DNA of 64,000 nucleotides from an uncultured Verrucomicrobiae bacterium. Lineage in GTDB: Bacteria > Verrucomicrobiota > Verrucomicrobiia > Opitutales > JABDGR01. The stretch lies in NCBI GenBank assembly GCA_963765205.1, contig CAVXVB010000009.1, forward strand, positions 160,001 through 224,000, given 5' to 3'. Below the pieces are notes generated by a model. The model had not been told where the DNA came from and ran no database searches. It saw nothing but the letters and a program-made list of their open reading frames with translations. Position 1 is the stretch's first letter. Every line of letters begins with the position of its first letter. Both the position numbers and the translations under genes were made by a program. This document shows positions 59,643 to 64,000 of this stretch, piece after piece.

Positions 59643-60947
59643 TCAGAATTGATAGCGGAAGCCCAGAATGAACTGGTTCTGGTAGTAAGTGCGCTCGAGG
59701 TAATTCGAGAATTTATCTGTGAACTGGTAGCTGGCATACCACTCGGATCGCTTGGTTAGTTTGTAGTTGATCGAGGGCGAAATGACGTATTCGTTGTAAG
59801 TTTCCGGGGCTAGACCGCCGGAATCGGCGGCATGCTCCCAATAAAGCTCCAGCGTCCCCACCAGCTTGGGCAGGAGGAAATGCTGGACTTCAATTTTGTA
59901 GTCCACCCGGTCCACCGTGATGGTGTTGGAGACGTAGCCGAAATTTGAGGCGCGGGTGAGGGTGAAGGTGTGCTGCAGGTTGTTGCTCAATTTCTGGCTG
60001 AGGGAGAAGGAGCCGGTGTAGGTGCTCGGCTGGCTGGAGTCGCCATTCGTCCCGTCTTGCTGAAAGGCGTAACCGGTGAAGCCAAGGGTGGCATTCATGG
60101 TGATGGTCTTGCCCACGGCCCCTGACAGGGTGCCGCCGATATACCAGGAGCCGCTGTTGTTCTCGAGATGCTGCTGGTAGTAGTTTTCCGTGTAATTGGC
60201 GTCCAGCTTGGCCTGTAGCTTGGTGTTAATTTCGTAGCGGGCACCGGCGGACGCGGTGTATTGCCAGCGGCGCAGGAATTCATATTCCGCACTCTGCGGG
60301 AACACATCCGAGCGATAAAGACCCGCGTAGAGCACCACTTTGTTCATATCCCAGTCCGCCGTTACTCCCAGTTGATTGTTAAACATCCCGAAGGCCTGGA
60401 TGCTGGTGATGATTTGCCCGGTCAAGGGATTGAAATCCAGCGCGTCGGTCGGCTGCACAGAATAATTGAAGGAGTCGTAAATGGAAAGCGTGAGCGGCGG
60501 CAGCTTGATGGTGTAGGCCAGGCGGGAATCCGGTGAAATATCCGCAAAGTTGGTGTAGGTGCTCAGGTTTTGATGGATGAGATACTCGCTCCACGCGATG
60601 CCCATTTGCAAGGCGACCGTGTTGTTGTCGTTCAGCTTGTCATTGGCGGCGAGGGTGAGGCCGGGGCGCAAAATGATGTCGCCCGCCCGGTCGTCATGCG
60701 CAAAATTGATGTTGTCATTGAACTCGACTTCGAAGCTCCCGGTGATGTCTATCTTAAGCGCGCCAATTTGCATGGTGGGGGTGTGTTCCTGGCCCGGCGC
60801 GTCTTGGGCGCAAAGGACGCCGCTGCCCAGCCAAACCGTTAGCAATGCCGTCAGGGCGGTGGCCACAAACCGGCCCCGAAGTAATTCACCCCAGTTTAGA
60901 GCCGATGTCCGAACAAAAACAAAATTGCGATGTTCGCGTCCCTTCAT
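59643..60947 (-). CDS. Outer-membrane beta-barrel protein of polysaccharide export locus
   Basis: EFNDNINF, alternating amphipathic strands, C-terminal YYQNQFILGFRYQF. Confidence 0.82.
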   Translation of the reverse strand: MKGREHRNFVFVRTSALNWGELLRGRFVATALTALLTVWLGSGVLCAQDAPGQEHTPTMQIGALKIDITGSFEVEFNDNINFAHDDRAGDIILRPGLTLAANDKLNDNNTVALQMGIAWSEYLIHQNLSTYTNFADISPDSRLAYTIKLPPLTLSIYDSFNYSVQPTDALDFNPLTGQIITSIQAFGMFNNQLGVTADWDMNKVVLYAGLYRSDVFPQSAEYEFLRRWQYTASAGARYEINTKLQAKLDANYTENYYQQHLENNSGSWYIGGTLSGAVGKTITMNATLGFTGYAFQQDGTNGDSSQPSTYTGSFSLSQKLSNNLQHTFTLTRASNFGYVSNTITVDRVDYKIEVQHFLLPKLVGTLELYWEHAADSGGLAPETYNEYVISPSINYKLTKRSEWYASYQFTDKFSNYLERTYYQNQFILGFRYQF

Positions 60948-61200
60948 AACTTAGGGCAAACCCCCCAGGTATGTGGCGACGATACCGTCGCACCTGCACA
61001 GGCGGAAAAGGCCGTGGGCCGGTCGAGTTGAATATGGAATTGCCATCTAGGTAAAAGGCCTTATAAAGGTCGTTATCCTATCTTGAGGGGTTTTCTTTAA
61101 TCAAGCAAATCATTAGCAAAAATAAGGCCGCATTTTTACACATTTTTACCATAAGAGTTGCTGCCTTTTTTGCCAATCTTGCTTATAGTATCGAAATAAA

Positions 61201-62784
61201 ATGAAAAAGCCTAACCTTAATTCGTTAGTTGGTCGCTTCTTGTTGCTGGGCGTGGCCTTAAGCGGCTTGGCCGCCGCCGCCCCGGCACCCGATGGCAGCG
61301 CCGCGGCCCCCCTCATCGCTTCGACTTCCGCCACCGGCTACGCCCTCACCGTCACGCCGGATGCCCTTTCCACCACCCACCGCATTGTTAAGATTAACCT
61401 GGCCCGCTGGCTGAACGGCGCCCGGCTCGTGGAATCGCAACCCAACGGCGATCTTAAAACGCTCCTCTACGACGACTATGCCGCGGCGCAAAACGCGGCG
61501 CTGGCCAAAGACCCCAACGCCACGCCCACGGTCGGCGCGCTGCTGGATGAAGATGCCACCGCCCAGATTCCCTTCGCGCAAGGCGAGTCGAGCGTCATAG
61601 TGGATGTGGGTGTCATGCGCACGATTGAGCGCTTCGGCTTTTTCAGTTTCAGCGCCGCTGGTTCGGTGGATATCTATTATAGCGCCATCACTCCCGCCTC
61701 CGCCAAAACGGATGACAAATCCTGGCAGTCGGCCAACATCCACCAGGCTTTCGGTTCGCGTCGCATCGTAAACGTGGATCTAAAGGCGTTGGAGGCCCGT
61801 TATGTGCTGCTGGTTTTTAAAATGAACACCCCGGGCGAGATCGGCCCGGTCGCCCTCTTTACTTCGGTGGACCTGAAGAATCCGATCGCCGCCCCCAATC
61901 AGGAGGACGAGAACGGCAAGGTCAAGATCGTCCCGCCTGAAGACCTGGTTGAATTTGACTACGCGCAGTCCGCCTATGGCTCCAAGGTCTCCGACTTGTC
62001 CGGCGGCGCGCTGGACGAGGCGCAAAACGTCCTCACCAGCGACCCGAGCAAAAAACTCACCATGGGTGCAGTTAACGGCACCGATGCCGTGAAACCGGAA
62101 AATATCTTCGTCGTGGACATGGGCACCAAGCGCGATATCAACAAGGTCGGCCTCCTCTTCACGACCACGGGCAACGGCAGTTTCTCCTTCTACTTTCTGG
62201 ATGCGTTGCCGAAGCGGCCCACGGACAACACGAAGCCCGCGACGGATACGAAGACCGCCTTCGAGGAATATTTGCGCCGTCCCCCGCCCATCCTCTTGGC
62301 GTCGAATGACAATGCCTTGGCTGTGGCGCTTTATCTCGCCCAGGACACGGCCCCGTCCACCAATGGCGTCCAGCCGATTGACTATTTGCCGCCGGATTTC
62401 TTTAACAACAACAAGCCCGGTTTCACGCAGGCCATTACCGGCAACACCAACCCCGGACGGATCGCCGGGACCTTTGACAACACTTTGAAATTCCGTTACG
62501 CGCTCATCCGCTGGGTGCCGCAGGATCCCAACCAGCCGCCGATTGATGTTTATCGCGTGAACCTCATTGGCAAAGTGCCCCTCGAGGACATTGGCCTTGC
62601 CTCCTCGAGCATGGTCAATGCCCTCGACCCCACCGGGCAATTGCAACCGGCCCACGGCACCAACACTCCGCCGACAGTCAACCTGCAAACCAATCCACAG
62701 CCCACGGGCACCCCGCAGCCCACCACGCAGCCAACGACGGAGCCGCCACCCACACCCACTTCTCCGTCGCCGGCGAGTGCGTGA
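61201..62784 (+). CDS. Secreted hypothetical protein with two jelly-roll/discoidin-like regions and Pro/Thr tail
   Basis: Signal peptide; VIVDVGVMRTIERFGF and FVVDMGTKRDINKVGL internal duplication; EARYVLL / KFRYALI. Confidence 0.7.
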   Translation: MKKPNLNSLVGRFLLLGVALSGLAAAAPAPDGSAAAPLIASTSATGYALTVTPDALSTTHRIVKINLARWLNGARLVESQPNGDLKTLLYDDYAAAQNAALAKDPNATPTVGALLDEDATAQIPFAQGESSVIVDVGVMRTIERFGFFSFSAAGSVDIYYSAITPASAKTDDKSWQSANIHQAFGSRRIVNVDLKALEARYVLLVFKMNTPGEIGPVALFTSVDLKNPIAAPNQEDENGKVKIVPPEDLVEFDYAQSAYGSKVSDLSGGALDEAQNVLTSDPSKKLTMGAVNGTDAVKPENIFVVDMGTKRDINKVGLLFTTTGNGSFSFYFLDALPKRPTDNTKPATDTKTAFEEYLRRPPPILLASNDNALAVALYLAQDTAPSTNGVQPIDYLPPDFFNNNKPGFTQAITGNTNPGRIAGTFDNTLKFRYALIRWVPQDPNQPPIDVYRVNLIGKVPLEDIGLASSSMVNALDPTGQLQPAHGTNTPPTVNLQTNPQPTGTPQPTTQPTTEPPPTPTSPSPASA

Positions 62785-62845
62785 TTAAAGCGAGGAAAGT
62801 TGCTAAAGGTTCAGTTTTCGCAGGAGCAGATGGGCGGTGGCGCGC

Positions 62846-63475
62846 CTACTTCAAGGCCGCTTCATACCATTCGCCCACTTTGGCCCAGTTGGCCACGTTC
62901 CAAAACGCGGTGATGTAATCGGGCCGGCGGTTTTGGTATTTCAGGTAATAAGCGTGCTCCCAGACATCCAGGCCGAGGATGGGGTCGCCATAAACTTCGG
63001 CCACGCCTTTCATCAACGGGTTGTCCTGGTTCGGCGTCGAGGTGATGGCCAGCGATTTGTCCGCTTTGACCACGAGCCAAGCCCAACCGCTGCCAAAGCG
63101 CGTCGCCGCCGCTTTACCGAAAGCTTCCTTGAAGGCGTCAAAACTGCCAAAGGTCTTGGCGATGGCCTCGCCCACTGCGCCGGAGGGCGCGCCGCCGGCG
63201 TTCGGGCCGATGGCTTTCCAAAACAGCGAATGGTTGGCGTGGCCGCCCCCGTTGTTGCGCACCGCGCCGCGGATGGCTTCGGGCACCTTCGACAAGTCGC
63301 CAATCAGCTCATAAATGCATTCCGGCGCGGTGAGGCCGGCATCGGCCAGCGCCTTGTTCACATTCGTGATATAGGCGTTGTGGTGCTTCGTGTGGTGGAT
63401 TTCCATCGTGCGCGCGTCAATGTGCGGTTCGAGCGCGTCGTAGGCGTAGGGCAGGGCGGGCAGCGTGTAAGGCAT
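62846..63475 (-). CDS. sodA: Superoxide dismutase (Mn-type signature)
   Basis: [37 protein letters not shown]. Confidence 0.95.
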   Translation of the reverse strand: MPYTLPALPYAYDALEPHIDARTMEIHHTKHHNAYITNVNKALADAGLTAPECIYELIGDLSKVPEAIRGAVRNNGGGHANHSLFWKAIGPNAGGAPSGAVGEAIAKTFGSFDAFKEAFGKAAATRFGSGWAWLVVKADKSLAITSTPNQDNPLMKGVAEVYGDPILGLDVWEHAYYLKYQNRRPDYITAFWNVANWAKVGEWYEAALK

Positions 63476-63575
63476 GGCGATAATTGGGTTGAGGTTGGAA
63501 AGGTGGGAGGTGGGGAAGAGGCTGAGTCTCCTAACAAAAGCCGCTTTTGCCCCCGCGTCAACACCGCACCGTTAT

Positions 63576-64000
63576 TCATGGGTGGGGTCTTCGCCCACTG
63601 GGCGGCTCCAGCCACCAGCGATAAGGCACCGCCGCCCAGCGCGGCCCGGCATAATCCACGCCGATGCGCGGCCCGCGCCGCCGCCGCCAGCCTGCGGGAA
63701 TTTCCGCCGGGCCTTCGATCCATAAACCGGTGCTTTGCGAGCAGGGTTGTCCATCAAACTCCTTCGAGATTTGCAATGTCCGCGTCAACCGCCCCGGTCC
63801 CTTCGCTTCCTCGACCCCGCGCAGCAACACCGCCGCGGGATACCCCTCCGGGCCGGTGACCAGGTTGAGCATCCAATGCACGCCGTAACACAAATAAACA
63901 TACCACACCCCGGGCGGCCCGTACATCACCCGGTTGCGCGGCGTCGGCCCCCGCGCCGCGTGCGAAGCCCGGTCGCGCGGCCCGCAATACGCTTCGACCT
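63576..64000 (-). CDS. mpg: DNA-3-methyladenine glycosylase (MPG/AAG), 5'-truncated by window edge
   Basis: VEAY...DRASHA, YVYLCYGVHWMLNLVT, AAVLLR, GPGRL, GPRIGV. Confidence 0.92.
   Translation of the reverse strand, partial: VEAYCGPRDRASHAARGPTPRNRVMYGPPGVWYVYLCYGVHWMLNLVTGPEGYPAAVLLRGVEEAKGPGRLTRTLQISKEFDGQPCSQSTGLWIEGPAEIPAGWRRRRGPRIGVDYAGPRWAAVPYRWWLEPPSGRRPHP

Noticed and set aside
60950..61030. GGGCAAACC resembling a c-di-GMP-I riboswitch start
   Set aside because: No GAAA tetraloop stem or GACGCAAA element follows, and it abuts the start codon of the opposite-strand gene

Overview
GC-rich bacterial chromosome segment. Gene content and style suggest Verrucomicrobiota (Opitutae-like); this is inference. 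It contains about 50 genes. Housekeeping and metabolic genes include a sugar ABC transporter, lptG-like permease, rlmI-like methyltransferase, hrpB, pyk, a SNF2 helicase, fabV, acs, queA, galK, sodA, mpg, a cyclophilin, glycan-processing enzymes and an OM beta-barrel/OPX/Wzc polysaccharide export trio. There is one tRNA-Asp, followed by an integrase relic and a small accessory islet (pqiA plus a 2xMCE gene bracketed by small lipoproteins). Also present are a VapBC pair, complete IS5 and IS630 elements with TA duplications, an IS110 relic, and a 2917-aa repetitive autotransporter. The most interesting item is an msrP operon whose MsrQ is fused in one ORF to an FNR-type NAD(P)H:FAD reductase and a 2Fe-2S ferredoxin, a candidate self-sufficient NOX-like electron conduit for periplasmic methionine-sulfoxide repair. 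Other points of note are an active/catalytically dead esterase pair, a parS-like palindrome and dispersed short-period intergenic repeats. Several single-base frameshifts in short homopolymers may be assembly errors. All family calls are from motif recognition by eye; no searches were run.
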